Shown here: one piece after another, positions 25,482 to 36,034 of the stretch
How positions within the stretch are numbered: the stretch's first letter is position 1
Layout: the number at the start of each line of letters is the position of its first letter
IMG/VR virus record: IMGVR_UViG_2718218453_000003
Span: 1-39,971 of that record
DNA: 39,971 nt
Direction: 5' to 3' (one strand)
From: a virus
Lineage: Duplodnaviria > Heunggongvirae > Uroviricota > Caudoviricetes
Notes under the pieces: model-generated
Databases searched by the model: none
What the model was told of the DNA's origin: nothing
What the model saw: only the letters and a program-made list of their open reading frames with translations
Translations under genes and position numbers: made by a program

Positions 25482-25497
25482 TTTTCAGGAGACGAGT

Positions 25498-26202
25498 ATG
25501 TCCTCTAATTTTGAGCGTTCGCAACTGACGAAAATTATGATTTCGTCTGCACCGGTAACAGCAGAAACCCTGGATTCTGCCAGCTATCTTGGCCTGAGCT
25601 GTACAATCAAAGAGGTGCAGTTTACCGCAGGACAAAAGCAGGATATTGATGTCACCACGCTGTGTTCTGTTGAGCAGGAAAATATTAACGGTCTTGGGGC
25701 TGCTTCAGAGATTTCCATGTCAGGCAACTTTTATCTGAATGCTGCCCAGAACGCGTTGCGCAGTGCCTATGACAATGACACCACGTATGGCTTTAAAGTT
25801 ATTTTTCCGTCAGGCAACGGATTTACCTTTATGGCAGAGGTGCGTCAGCATACCTGGTCTGCAGGAACCAATGGTGTTGTGGCTGCAACGTTTTCTCTGC
25901 GCCTGAAAGGTAAGCCTGTGCTGACGACAGAGCCGCTGAAAGTGAAGGTCGATTTAAAAAGCACGCTGCGGGTTGCTTCCGGAGCGAAACTTGAAATGGC
26001 GGTTGAGGCTGTGGGTGGTGTGCCGCCTTATTCTTATGCCTGGAAGAAAGGTGGTTCTCCTGTTTCCGGACAGACGGCGGCAACGTTCAGTAAGGCATCA
26101 GCAGCATCCGGTGATGCCGGTGCGTATACCTGCGAGATTTCTGATTCAGCGAGCCCGGTTAACAAAGTGACCTCCACTTCCTGCACTGTAACCGTCAGTT
26201 AA
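25498..26202 (+). CDS. Major tail protein with C-terminal Ig-like domain (234 aa)
   Basis: GGAGA RBS; position before G/GT chaperones; C-terminal region with Ig-like pattern. Confidence 0.75.
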   Translation: MSSNFERSQLTKIMISSAPVTAETLDSASYLGLSCTIKEVQFTAGQKQDIDVTTLCSVEQENINGLGAASEISMSGNFYLNAAQNALRSAYDNDTTYGFKVIFPSGNGFTFMAEVRQHTWSAGTNGVVAATFSLRLKGKPVLTTEPLKVKVDLKSTLRVASGAKLEMAVEAVGGVPPYSYAWKKGGSPVSGQTAATFSKASAASGDAGAYTCEISDSASPVNKVTSTSCTVTVS

Positions 26203-26216
26203 TGAGGATGGATGTG

Positions 26217-26588
26217 ATGACTAAAAATATTCGTAATCTGGCACTGGCAACGATGTCGGGGTTTCGCCATAAAACCGTTGATGTGCCTGAATGGGAGGGA
26301 GCAACGGTTGTGTTACGGGAACCTTCTGCAGAAGCCTGGTTGCGCTGGCAGGAGATCGTTAAAGCAAAAGATGATGAGACACCGTTATCCGTTGCGGAGC
26401 GCGCCCGCCGAAATCTGGAGGCAGATGTTGAACTGTTCATTGATGTTCTGTGTGATACCGGACTGCAACCCGTATTTTCAGAGGATGATCGTGAACAGGT
26501 GATTGCCGTGTATGGCCCGGTGCATGCGCGGCTTCTTCGGCAGTCTCTGGAACTGATCAGTGATGCCGGCGAGGTTAAAAAAAAGTAG
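26217..26588 (+). CDS. G: Tail assembly chaperone G (start ATG 26217; ORF track begins at 26202)
   Basis: Position between major tail and tape measure; ends with slippery A AAA AAG before stop. Confidence 0.7.
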   Translation: MTKNIRNLALATMSGFRHKTVDVPEWEGATVVLREPSAEAWLRWQEIVKAKDDETPLSVAERARRNLEADVELFIDVLCDTGLQPVFSEDDREQVIAVYGPVHARLLRQSLELISDAGEVKKK

Positions 26589-26890
26589 CGCTTCCGGGGA
26601 TGCGTTTTCTGATGATGCTGGCGCTCAGGATGGGGCGCACATTGTCAGAGTTACGCCGGGAAATGTCCGCATCAGAAATCATGATGTGGGCAGAATTTGA
26701 CAGGTTCAGCCCGCTGGGGGACGAACGGGCTGATTTCCGGGCTGCCCAGATTGTTTCAGCTGTTTACGGTGCGCAGGGGGTCAAAGTGTCACTGAATGAT
26801 GCGCTTCTTCAGTGGGAGAAGGAGCAGACAGAAGGCGCTTCAGATCCATTTGCCGGACTGGAAAACGCGCTTTTAATAGTGTCTCAGTGA
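26579..26890 (+). CDS. T: T portion of the G-T tail assembly chaperone, expressed by programmed -1 frameshift at A AAA AAG (26579..26585)
   Basis: Downstream ORF lies in the -1 frame relative to G and is closed upstream by TAA at 26576..26578; heptamer is 3 codons before G stop. Confidence 0.6.
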   Translation, partial: KKVALPGMRFLMMLALRMGRTLSELRREMSASEIMMWAEFDRFSPLGDERADFRAAQIVSAVYGAQGVKVSLNDALLQWEKEQTEGASDPFAGLENALLIVSQ

Positions 26891-26898
26891 GTCAACAT

Positions 26899-26920
26899 AA
26901 CCGCTTCGGCGGTTTTTTTT
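26899..26920 (+). terminator. Hairpin plus T-run (AACCGC-TTCG-GCGGTT plus T8) between T and tape measure gene
   Basis: Read in sequence. Confidence 0.55.
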
Positions 26921-26930
26921 CGTCCGGAGA

Positions 26931-29900
26931 ATGAGTGTGGCGACATTACGTGAACTGATTATTAAAATCTCGGCAAACTCCCGGTCATTCCAGTCAGAGA
27001 TCTCCCGGGCTTCGCGTATGGGGCAGGATTACTACCGCACCATGCAGAACGGAGGCCAACAGTCTGCTGCTGCCTCCCGTGAAATGCGGCGTGCACTGGC
27101 AGAAGTGACGGATCAGATAAATACAGCTAAATCTTCGGCACTGAATATGGCGGGGGCATTTGCCGGGGCTTTTGCTACCGGTCATCTTATTTCTCTCGCC
27201 GATGAGTGGAATTCAGTAAATGCCCGTCTGAAGCAGGCCTCACAGTCCAGTGATGATTTTCAGGCATCACAGCGTGAATTAATGGCGATCAGCCAGAGAA
27301 CGGGGACGGCGTTTTCTGATAACGCCAGCCTTTTTGCCCGTTCTGCAGCTTCCATGCGGGAGTATGGTTACAGTTCTGAGGAGGTACTGAAAGTCACCGA
27401 GGCGATCTCCACGGGCCTGAAATTATCCGGTGCCAGTACAGCAGAAGCCAGTTCGGTGATCATGCAGTTCAGTCAGGCACTGGCGCAGGGAGTGCTGCGC
27501 GGTGAAGAGTTTAACTCGGTGAATGAGAACGGCGATCGTGTTATTCGTGCGCTGGCTGCGGGAATGGGGGTTGCCCGTAAGGATCTGAAGGCCATGGCGG
27601 ATAACGGAAAACTGACCGCCGATAAGGTTGTTCCTGCACTGATTAGTCAGCTTGGGGCGTTGCGTGATGAATATGCAGCAATGCCTGATACTGTTTCATC
27701 CTCTGCAACCAAAGTTGAAAACGCCTTTATGGCCTGGGTTGGTGGTGCGAACGAGGCAAGCGGAGTGACAAAGACACTCTCCGGTGTGCTGAATGGTGTT
27801 GCAGACAATATTGATACCGTGGCTGCTGCAGCTGGCGCACTGGTTGCCGTCGGGGTAGCCCGATATTTTGGCAATATGGCGTCGTCTGCTGGATCTGCAA
27901 CTGCCGGATTAATTACTGCAGCCAGAAACGAAGTGGCTCTTGCTGAAGCGCAACTTCGGGGGACACAGATAGCAACCGCCAGGGCGCGTGCGGCGGTTTA
28001 TCGTGCGCAACAGGCGGTTGTTGCTGCTCGCGGTACCGAAAGGCAGGCCGCAGCAGAAGCGAAGCTGACAGCTGCTCAGGCGTCACTTACCCGTAATATT
28101 GCGGCCAGAACAGCGGCGCAGACAACGCTGAATACTGTCACGTCAGTGGGGAGTCGTCTGTTAAGTGGTGCGCTGGGGTTGGTTGGTGGTGTGCCGGGAC
28201 TCGTCATGCTGGGGGCGACGGCCTGGTACACGATGTATCAGAATCAGGAGCAGGCCAGAGAATCTGCACGCCAGTATGCCGCAACAATCGACGAAATTCG
28301 CCAGAAAACGTCGGCAATGTCGCTTCCTGAAGCGTCAGATAATGAGGAAAAGACGCGGCAGGCACTTGATGAGCAAAACAGGTTAATTGACGAGCAGAAA
28401 AGTAAGATTAAATCCTTACAGGAAAAAATTGCTGGCTATCAGTATGTGCTGGCAAACCCGGGCTGGACAACCGATAACGGTTTTATGATTAACCACATGA
28501 CGTCGGTAAAAACAGTCACAGAAGGGCTTGCAGAAGCAACAAATCAACTGGCAGTTGAACAGTCCCGTCTCACACAAATGCAGGGCAAAGCGCAATCCAT
28601 TCAGGATGTGCTTGCCGGGCTGGAGGAGCGGCGGGTTGCGTTGATCCGTCAACAGGCGGCGGAACAAAACAAAGCGTATCAGTCCCTGTTGATCATGAAT
28701 GGGCAGCATACCGAGTTTAATCGCCTTCTTGGGCTTGGTAATGAATTACTTCAGCAGCGACAGGGGCTGGTGAATGTACCGTTACGGCTACCACAGGCAA
28801 CCCTGGATGATAAACAGCAGACCGCACTGAATAACAGCAAGCGCGAACTGGCTCTGTCCCGCCTTAAGGGGGAAGCGCGTGAGCGTGCTCGACTGGGCTA
28901 TGCTGCGGATGATCTTGGCTTTGTGGGAGAGGCGTATCAGACAGCCAGACAGAATTATATCAATAACTCACTGGATGCCTGGCGAAATAACCAGGCAAAT
29001 AAACCCAAAGCGCATAAAAAGACCGAAGCGGAAAAAACAGAAGATATTTATAAACGGCTGATTAAACAGCAAAAAGAACAAATAGCACTGGCAGGGCAGA
29101 ATACTGAACTGGCTAAGATGAAATATCAGGTCAGTCAGGGCGAATTATCAACCCTGTCAGAAGCGCAGAAAAAAACGCTTTTGCAGAATGCAGCACTCAT
29201 CGACCAGAAAAAGATTCGTGAGCAGCTTGCTGCGTATGAAAGCAGCCTGGCGGACAGTAATGCCAGTACCCGGGCGTCTAACGACGCGCAGTTACTGGGA
29301 TATGGTGAAGGCTCACGGATGCGTGAACGACTCCAGGAAATGTGGAGTATCCGGCATGAGTTTGAGCAGAAAAATAACGAGCTGCTGAGACAGTATCAGG
29401 CCGGAGAAATTGAAGAAGCCCTGTGGAAACAGGAGAAAGAACTGAATAAAAAATATCTGGAAGAGCGTCTCAGCGATCAGCAGGATTATTATGCAAAGGC
29501 CGATGCTTTACGTAATAACTGGAATGCAGGACTCCAGGAGGGGCTGACCAACTGGGCAGACAGTGCCACCGATTATGCTTCGCAGGCGGCAGATGCTGTC
29601 GTTTCCACTATGGACGGACTGGTATCAAATATTTCCGATGCACTGGCCGGAAATGTTGTGGACTGGAGAAACTGGGGGAGTTCAATTCTCCAGGAAGTTT
29701 CAAAAATTCTGATGAATGCGGCCATTGTTAACGGACTGAAGTCACTCTCCGGTGCCGGAGGGTGGCTTGGTACGGTCGGCGGATGGATTTCGGGGGCGGT
29801 GGCAAACGCAAAAGGTGGTGTTTACACATCGGCAAATCTGAGTGCTTACAGTAACACTATTGTGGATACACCGACGTATTTTGCTTTTGCGAAAGGTGCC

Positions 29901-30164
29901 GGGCTGATGGGCGAGGCCGGGCCTGAAGCTATCATGCCACTGACACGGGCAGCGGACGGCTCTCTTGGGGTCAGAGCCATTGGCAATGTGAATAGTGGCG
30001 GGGGGTTTGTTTATTCTCCCGTGTATCACATCAGCATTCAGAATCAAGGGAGCAATGGCGAGATAGATGCGCGCTCAGCCAGGGGACTGGTGGATCTGAT
30101 CGACAGCAGGGTTGTGTCAATTATGCAGTCATCGCGTCGGGATGGAGGATTGTACAGTGCCTGA
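26931..30164 (+). CDS. Tail tape measure protein (1077 aa)
   Basis: Size, position and long Ala/Gln-rich helical sequence. Confidence 0.9.
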   Translation: MSVATLRELIIKISANSRSFQSEISRASRMGQDYYRTMQNGGQQSAAASREMRRALAEVTDQINTAKSSALNMAGAFAGAFATGHLISLADEWNSVNARLKQASQSSDDFQASQRELMAISQRTGTAFSDNASLFARSAASMREYGYSSEEVLKVTEAISTGLKLSGASTAEASSVIMQFSQALAQGVLRGEEFNSVNENGDRVIRALAAGMGVARKDLKAMADNGKLTADKVVPALISQLGALRDEYAAMPDTVSSSATKVENAFMAWVGGANEASGVTKTLSGVLNGVADNIDTVAAAAGALVAVGVARYFGNMASSAGSATAGLITAARNEVALAEAQLRGTQIATARARAAVYRAQQAVVAARGTERQAAAEAKLTAAQASLTRNIAARTAAQTTLNTVTSVGSRLLSGALGLVGGVPGLVMLGATAWYTMYQNQEQARESARQYAATIDEIRQKTSAMSLPEASDNEEKTRQALDEQNRLIDEQKSKIKSLQEKIAGYQYVLANPGWTTDNGFMINHMTSVKTVTEGLAEATNQLAVEQSRLTQMQGKAQSIQDVLAGLEERRVALIRQQAAEQNKAYQSLLIMNGQHTEFNRLLGLGNELLQQRQGLVNVPLRLPQATLDDKQQTALNNSKRELALSRLKGEARERARLGYAADDLGFVGEAYQTARQNYINNSLDAWRNNQANKPKAHKKTEAEKTEDIYKRLIKQQKEQIALAGQNTELAKMKYQVSQGELSTLSEAQKKTLLQNAALIDQKKIREQLAAYESSLADSNASTRASNDAQLLGYGEGSRMRERLQEMWSIRHEFEQKNNELLRQYQAGEIEEALWKQEKELNKKYLEERLSDQQDYYAKADALRNNWNAGLQEGLTNWADSATDYASQAADAVVSTMDGLVSNISDALAGNVVDWRNWGSSILQEVSKILMNAAIVNGLKSLSGAGGWLGTVGGWISGAVANAKGGVYTSANLSAYSNTIVDTPTYFAFAKGAGLMGEAGPEAIMPLTRAADGSLGVRAIGNVNSGGGFVYSPVYHISIQNQGSNGEIDARSARGLVDLIDSRVVSIMQSSRRDGGLYSA

Positions 30165-30498
30165 GCCTGAAGTTTTTAACTGGATCCCCCGTGAGGGGAT
30201 GGAGACGACACGAAAGCCATCAGTTATTACGGTAAAGTTTGGTGACGGATATGAACAGCGACGGGCTGGTGGTCTGAATGCGGATCTGAAAACGTTTAAA
30301 CCGGTATTTCGTGTCACAGATGAATATTCCCGTGCCGCGCTGGACAGTTTTTTATCCCGTCATGCCGGGATTCGTGCTTTTTTGTGGCGTCCGCCAAAAC
30401 ACAACAGGACTGTCCGGGTTGTCTGCAGGGAGTGGAGCATTTCGGATAATGCCATGTATACCGATTTTAACTGTACCTTTGAAGAGGTCACTCACTGA
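30157..30498 (+). CDS. M: Minor tail protein M (GTG start with GGAGGA RBS; ORF track begins at 30112)
   Basis: VKFGDGYEQRRAGGLNADLKTFKPVF...FLWRPP matches recalled lambda M pattern. Confidence 0.85.
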   Translation: MPEPEVFNWIPREGMETTRKPSVITVKFGDGYEQRRAGGLNADLKTFKPVFRVTDEYSRAALDSFLSRHAGIRAFLWRPPKHNRTVRVVCREWSISDNAMYTDFNCTFEEVTH

Positions 30499-31196
30499 TG
30501 CAGGATATACAGCAGGAAACACTCAATGAGTGCACTAAAACGGAGCAATCCGCGCTGATCGTGCTCTGGGAAATTGATCTGACAGAGGTCGGCGGAGATC
30601 GTTATTTCTTCTGTAATGAGCAGAACGAAAAAGGTGAGCCGGTCACCTGGCAGGGGCGGCAGTATCAGGCCTATCCCATTCAGGGAAGTGGATTTGAGAT
30701 GAACGGCAAAGGAGCCAGTGCAAGGCCAACGCTGAAAGTCTCTAATCTGCACGGCATGGTCACCGGGATGGCGGAAGACCTGCAGAGTCTGGTCGGCGGA
30801 ACGGTGGTCAGGCGTAAGGTTTACGCCCGTTTTCTGGATGCGGTGAACTTCGTCAACGGAAACAGTGACGCCGATCCGGAGCAGGAGGTAATCAGCCGCT
30901 GGCGCATTGAGCAGTGCAGCGAACTGAGCGCGGTCAGTGCCTCCTTTGTACTGTCCACGCCGACGGAAACGGACGGCGCTGTTTTTCCGGGCCGCATCAT
31001 GCTGGCTAATACCTGCACCTGGACCTATCGCGGTGATGAGTGCGGTTATCACGGTCCGGCGGTCGCGGATGAATATGACCAGCCGACGTCCGATATCACG
31101 AAGGATAAATGCAGCAAATGCCTGAGTGGCTGTAAGTTTCGCAATAACGTCGGCAACTTTGGCGGCTTCCTTTCCATTAACAAACTTTCGCAGTAA
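30498..31196 (+). CDS. L: Minor tail protein L (232 aa)
   Basis: Lambda L-like; start overlaps M stop; C-terminal Cys cluster. Confidence 0.9.
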   Translation: MQDIQQETLNECTKTEQSALIVLWEIDLTEVGGDRYFFCNEQNEKGEPVTWQGRQYQAYPIQGSGFEMNGKGASARPTLKVSNLHGMVTGMAEDLQSLVGGTVVRRKVYARFLDAVNFVNGNSDADPEQEVISRWRIEQCSELSAVSASFVLSTPTETDGAVFPGRIMLANTCTWTYRGDECGYHGPAVADEYDQPTSDITKDKCSKCLSGCKFRNNVGNFGGFLSINKLSQ

Positions 31197-31201
31197 ATCC
31201 C

Positions 31202-31945
31202 ATGACAGAGACAGAATCAGCGATTCTGGCGCACGCCCGGCGATGTGCGCCAGCGGAGTCGTGCGGCTTCGTGGTGAGAACGCCGGAAGGGGAAAGATAT
31301 TTTCCCTGCGTGAATATCTCCGGTGAGCCGGAGGCGTATTTCCGGATGGCTCCGGAGGACTGGCTGCGGGCAGAAATGCAGGGTGAGATTGTGGCGCTGG
31401 TCCACAGTCACCCCGGTGCTCTGCCCTGGCTGAGTGAGGCCGACCGGCGGCTGCAGGTGCAGAGTGATTTGCCGTGGTGGCTGGTCTGCCGGGGGGCGAT
31501 TCACAAGTTCCGCTGTGTGCCACATCTTACCGGGCGGCGCTTTGAGCACGGGGTGACGGACTGTTACACGCTGTTCCGGGATGCTTACCATCTGGCGGGA
31601 ATTGAGATGCCTGATTTTCATCGTGAGGATGACTGGTGGCGTCACGGTCAGAATCTCTATCTGGATAATATGGAGGCAACGGGGCTGTATCAGGTGCCGT
31701 TGTCAGCGGCGCAGCCGGGCGATGTGCTGCTGTGCTGTTTTGGTTCATCGGTGCCGAATCATGCCGCTATTTACTGCGGCGACGGCGAGCTGCTGCACCA
31801 TATTCCTGAACAACTGAGCAAACGAGAGAGGTATACCGACAAATGGCAGCGACGCACACACTCCCTCTGGCGTCACCGGGCATGGCACGTATCTGCCTTT
31901 ACGGGGATTTGCAACGATTTGGCCGCCGCATCGACCTTCGTGTGA
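31202..31945 (+). CDS. K: Tail assembly protein K (247 aa) with MPN and NlpC/P60-like regions
   Basis: Lambda K-like including HSHP motif region. Confidence 0.9.
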   Translation: MTETESAILAHARRCAPAESCGFVVRTPEGERYFPCVNISGEPEAYFRMAPEDWLRAEMQGEIVALVHSHPGALPWLSEADRRLQVQSDLPWWLVCRGAIHKFRCVPHLTGRRFEHGVTDCYTLFRDAYHLAGIEMPDFHREDDWWRHGQNLYLDNMEATGLYQVPLSAAQPGDVLLCCFGSSVPNHAAIYCGDGELLHHIPEQLSKRERYTDKWQRRTHSLWRHRAWHVSAFTGICNDLAAASTFV

Positions 31946-32490
31946 AAACGGGGGCCGAAGCCATCCGGGCGCTGGCCATGCAGATCCCGGCGTTTCGTCA
32001 GAAACTGAGCGATGGCTGGTATCAGGTGCGCATTGCCGGGCGTGATGCAGGCGAAAACGAATTATCAGCCCGTCTTAATGAGCCGCTGAAAAATGGTGCC
32101 GTGATCCACATCGTTCCGCGTCTTGCGGGAGCAAAAAGTGGCGGTGTGTTTCAGGCGGTGCTGGGTGCGGCGCTGATTGCGGTGGCATGGTGGAACCCTG
32201 TTGGCTGGCTGGGTGCCGCGGCTGTATCGGGTCTGTATGCAGCAGGGGCCAGTATGATCCTGGGTGGTGTGGCGCAGATGCTGGCACCGAAAGCCAGGAC
32301 GCCCACGGCAGCCAGTACAGATAACGGCAAACAGAACACGTATTTCTCGTCACTGGATAACATGGTTGCCCAGGGCAATGTTCTGCCTGTTCTGTACGGG
32401 GAAATGCGCGTGGGATCACGTGTGGTTTCTCAGGAGATCAGCACGGCAGACGAAGGGGATGGTGGTCAGGTTGTGGTGATTGGTCGCTGA
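31843..32490 (+). CDS. I: Tail assembly protein I (215 aa), overlaps K 3' end
   Basis: N- and C-termini match recalled lambda I (MAATHTLPLASPGMARICLYGDLQRFGRR...NVLPVLYGEMRVGSRVVSQEISTADEGDGGQVVVIGR). Confidence 0.9.
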   Translation: MAATHTLPLASPGMARICLYGDLQRFGRRIDLRVKTGAEAIRALAMQIPAFRQKLSDGWYQVRIAGRDAGENELSARLNEPLKNGAVIHIVPRLAGAKSGGVFQAVLGAALIAVAWWNPVGWLGAAAVSGLYAAGASMILGGVAQMLAPKARTPTAASTDNGKQNTYFSSLDNMVAQGNVLPVLYGEMRVGSRVVSQEISTADEGDGGQVVVIGR

Positions 32491-32550
32491 TGCAAAACAT
32501 TTTATATGAAACCGCCTGCGGGCGGTTTTGTCGTTTATGGAGCGTGACGA

Positions 32551-35500
32551 ATGGGTAAAGGCAGCAGTAAGGGGCATACCCCGCGCGAAGCGAAGGACAA
32601 CCTGAAGTCCACGCAGCTGCTGAGTGTGATCGATGCCATCAGCGAAGGGCCGGTTGAAGGTCCGGTGGATGGATTAAAAAGCGTGCTGCTGAACAGTACG
32701 CCGGTGCTGGACAGTGAGGGGAATACCAATATATCCGGCGTCACGGTGGTGTTCCGGGCAGGTGAGCAGGAGCAGTCACCGCCGGAGGGATTTGAATCCT
32801 CCGGCTCCGAGACGGTGCTGGGTACGGAAGTGAAATATGACACGCCGATCACCCGCACCATCACGTCGGCAAACATCGACCGTCTGCGCTTTACCTTCGG
32901 TGTACAGGCACTGGTGGAAACCACCTCAAAGGGTGACAGGAATCCGTCGGAAGTCCGTCTGCTGGTTCAGATACAGCGTAATGGTGGCTGGGTGACGGAA
33001 AAAGACATCACCATTAAGGGCAAAACCACCTCGCAGTATCTGGCCTCGGTGGTGGTGGGTAACCTGCCGCCGCACCCGTTCAATATACGGATGCGCAGGA
33101 TGACGCCGGACAGCACCACAGACCAGCTGCAGAACAAAACGCTCTGGTCGTCATACACCGAAATCATCGATGTGAAACAGTGCTACCCGAACACGGCACT
33201 GGTCGGCGTGCAGGTGGATTCGGAGCAGTTCGGCAGCCAGCAGGTGAGCCGTAATTATCATCTGCGCGGGCGTATTCTGCAGGTGCCGTCGAACTATAAC
33301 CCGCAGACGCGGCAATACAGCGGTATCTGGGACGGAACGTTTAAACCGGCATACAGCAACAACATGGCCTGGTGTCTGTGGGATATGCTGACCCATCCGC
33401 GCTACGGCATGGGGAAACGTCTTGGTGCGGCGGATGTGGATAAATGGGCGCTGTATGTCATCGGCCAGTACTGTGACCAGTCGGTGCCGGACGGTTTTGG
33501 CGGCACGGAGCCGCGCATCACCTGTAATGCCTGGCTGACCACACAGCGCAAGGCGTGGGATGTGCTCAGTGATTTCTGCTCGGCGATGCGCTGTATGCCG
33601 GTATGGAACGGGCAGACGCTGACGTTCGTGCAGGACCGACCATCAGATAAGGTGTGGACCTATAACCGCAGTAATGTGGTGATGCCGGATGATGGCGCGC
33701 CGTTCCGCTACCGCTTCAGCGCCCTGAAGGACCGCCATAATGCCGTTGAGGTGAACTGGATTGACCCGGATAACGGCTGGGAGACGGCGACAGAGCTTGT
33801 GGAGGACACGCAGGCCATTGCCCGTTACGGTCGTAACGTCACGAAGATGGATGCCTTTGGCTGTACCAGCCGGGGGCAGGCACACCGCGCCGGGCTGTGG
33901 CTGATTAAAACGGAACTGCTGGAAACGCAGACCGTGGATTTCAGCGTGGGCGCAGAAGGGCTTCGCCATGTGCCGGGCGATGTCATTGAAATCTGCGATG
34001 ATGACTATGCCGGTATCAGCACCGGCGGGCGCGTGCTGGCGGTGAACAGCCAGACCCGGACGCTGACGCTCGACCGTGAAATCACGCTGCCATCCTCCGG
34101 TACCACGCTGATAAGCCTGGTTGACGGAAGTGGTAATCCGGTCAGCGTGGAGGTTCAGTCCGTCACCGACGGCGTGAAGGTGAAAGTGAACCGGGTTCCT
34201 GACGGCGTTGCCGGATACAGCGTATGGGGGCTGAAGTTGCCGACGTTGCGTCAGCGCCTGTTCCGCTGTGTGAGTATCCGTGAGAACGATGACGGCACGT
34301 ATGCCATCACTGCCGTGCAGCATGTGCCGGAAAAAGAAGCCATCGTGGATAACGGGGCGCACTTTGACGGTAACCAGAGTGGCACGGTGAATGGTGTCAC
34401 GCCGCCAGCAGTGCAGCATCTGACCGCAGAAGTCACCGCAGACAGCGGGGAGTATCAGGTACTGGCCCGCTGGGACACGCCGAAGGTGGTGAAGGGGGTG
34501 AGCTTTATGCTTCGCCTGACCGTGGCAGCGGATGACGGCAGTGAGCGGCTGGTCAGCACGGCCCGGACGACGGAAACCACATACCGCTTCACGCAACTGG
34601 CGCTGGGAAACTACAGGCTGACAGTCCGGGCGGTAAATGCATGGGGACAGCAGGGCGATCCTGCATCGGTATCGTTCCGGATCGCCGCACCGGCAACGCC
34701 GTCGCGGATTGAGCTGACGCCAGGCTATTTTCAGATAACCGCCACGCCGCATCTTGCCGTTTATGATCCGACGGTACAGTTTGAGTTCTGGTTCTCGGAA
34801 AAGCGGATTGCGGATATCAGGCAGGTTGAAACCACAGCCCGCTATCTTGGTACGGCGCTGTACTGGATAACCGCCAGTATCAATATCAAACCGGGCCATG
34901 ATTATTACTTTTATATCCGCAGTGTGAACACCGTTGGCAAATCGGCATTTGTGGAGGCTGTCGGTCGGGCGAGCGATGATGCGGAAGGTTACCTGGATTT
35001 TTTCAAAGGCCAGATAACCGAATCCCATCTCGGCAAGGAGCTGCTGGAAAAAGTCGAGCTGACGGAGGATAACGCCAGCAGACTGGAGGAGTTTTCGAAA
35101 GAGTGGAAGGACGCCAGTGATAAATGGAATGCCATGTGGGGCGTCAAAATTGAGCAGACCGAAGACGGCAAACATTATGTCGCGGGGCTTGGCCTCAGCA
35201 TGGAGGACACGGAGGAAGGCAAACTGAGCCAGTTTCTGGTTGCCGCCAATCGTATCGCGTTTATTGACCCGGCAAACGGGAATGAAACGCCGATGTTTGT
35301 GGCGCAGGGCAACCAGATATTCATGAACGACGTGTTCCTCAAACGCCTGACGGCCCCCACCATTACCAGTGGTGGAAATCCACCGGTATTTTCCCTGACA
35401 CCGGACGGAAAGCTGACCGCTAAAAATGCGGATATCAGTGGCAGTGTGAATGCGAACTCCGGGACGCTCAACAACGTCACGATAAATGAAAACTGTACGA

Positions 35501-35964
35501 TTAAGGGCATGCTGGAGGCGAATCAGGTCAGAGGTGATTTTGTTAAAACAGTATCCAAATCATTCCCGAAAAAGGCTGGTACGTGGGGTAACACGGAAAC
35601 ACCAGACGGGACGGTTACAGTCACCATCAGCGATGATCATAACTTTGACCGTCAAATCATTATTCCGCCCATTATCTTTAACGGTATAGCGTATGACGAT
35701 CCGGGAAGTGGTGATAACCCGGGAGGTACAAGGTACACGGGGTATGGTTTTGAAGTTCGCAAAAACGGCGTATTAATCGCATCCAGAGAAACTAAAGGGG
35801 CGATTCCCGGTAGTTACAGTGCGGTTATTGATATGCCGAGTGGCAGGGGAAGCGTCACTCTGGAGTTTAAGATTTTCCAGAAAGGCAATCAGGGGGCAGG
35901 CAATATCACCGACTGTACGGTGATTGTGACCAAAAAGGCTGCTTCCGGCATCAGTATTCGTTGA
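32551..35964 (+). CDS. J: Central tail fibre / host specificity protein J (1137 aa)
   Basis: Near-identical to recalled lambda J over most of its length; C-terminal region differs. Confidence 0.95.
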   Translation: MGKGSSKGHTPREAKDNLKSTQLLSVIDAISEGPVEGPVDGLKSVLLNSTPVLDSEGNTNISGVTVVFRAGEQEQSPPEGFESSGSETVLGTEVKYDTPITRTITSANIDRLRFTFGVQALVETTSKGDRNPSEVRLLVQIQRNGGWVTEKDITIKGKTTSQYLASVVVGNLPPHPFNIRMRRMTPDSTTDQLQNKTLWSSYTEIIDVKQCYPNTALVGVQVDSEQFGSQQVSRNYHLRGRILQVPSNYNPQTRQYSGIWDGTFKPAYSNNMAWCLWDMLTHPRYGMGKRLGAADVDKWALYVIGQYCDQSVPDGFGGTEPRITCNAWLTTQRKAWDVLSDFCSAMRCMPVWNGQTLTFVQDRPSDKVWTYNRSNVVMPDDGAPFRYRFSALKDRHNAVEVNWIDPDNGWETATELVEDTQAIARYGRNVTKMDAFGCTSRGQAHRAGLWLIKTELLETQTVDFSVGAEGLRHVPGDVIEICDDDYAGISTGGRVLAVNSQTRTLTLDREITLPSSGTTLISLVDGSGNPVSVEVQSVTDGVKVKVNRVPDGVAGYSVWGLKLPTLRQRLFRCVSIRENDDGTYAITAVQHVPEKEAIVDNGAHFDGNQSGTVNGVTPPAVQHLTAEVTADSGEYQVLARWDTPKVVKGVSFMLRLTVAADDGSERLVSTARTTETTYRFTQLALGNYRLTVRAVNAWGQQGDPASVSFRIAAPATPSRIELTPGYFQITATPHLAVYDPTVQFEFWFSEKRIADIRQVETTARYLGTALYWITASINIKPGHDYYFYIRSVNTVGKSAFVEAVGRASDDAEGYLDFFKGQITESHLGKELLEKVELTEDNASRLEEFSKEWKDASDKWNAMWGVKIEQTEDGKHYVAGLGLSMEDTEEGKLSQFLVAANRIAFIDPANGNETPMFVAQGNQIFMNDVFLKRLTAPTITSGGNPPVFSLTPDGKLTAKNADISGSVNANSGTLNNVTINENCTIKGMLEANQVRGDFVKTVSKSFPKKAGTWGNTETPDGTVTVTISDDHNFDRQIIIPPIIFNGIAYDDPGSGDNPGGTRYTGYGFEVRKNGVLIASRETKGAIPGSYSAVIDMPSGRGSVTLEFKIFQKGNQGAGNITDCTVIVTKKAASGISIR

Positions 35965-35985
35965 AATTGTTATAACCCCAATAAA

Positions 35986-36011
35986 GGGCGTCAGGAATGA
36001 CGCCTTTTTTA
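35986..36011 (+). terminator. Rho-independent terminator after J (GGCGTCA-GGAA-TGACGCC plus T6)
   Basis: Hairpin plus T-run. Confidence 0.65.
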
Positions 36012-36034
36012 TTGCAGAAAAGCGAGAGGTAATT

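Noticed and set aside
30492-31523. 343-aa minus-strand ORF
   Set aside because: Antisense to lambda-like L and K genes; Pro/Arg/Ala-rich translation typical of GC-rich antisense frames.
33643-35175. 510-aa minus-strand ORF
   Set aside because: Lies entirely antisense within J, which matches lambda J; Arg/His/Cys-rich translation indicates a spurious frame.
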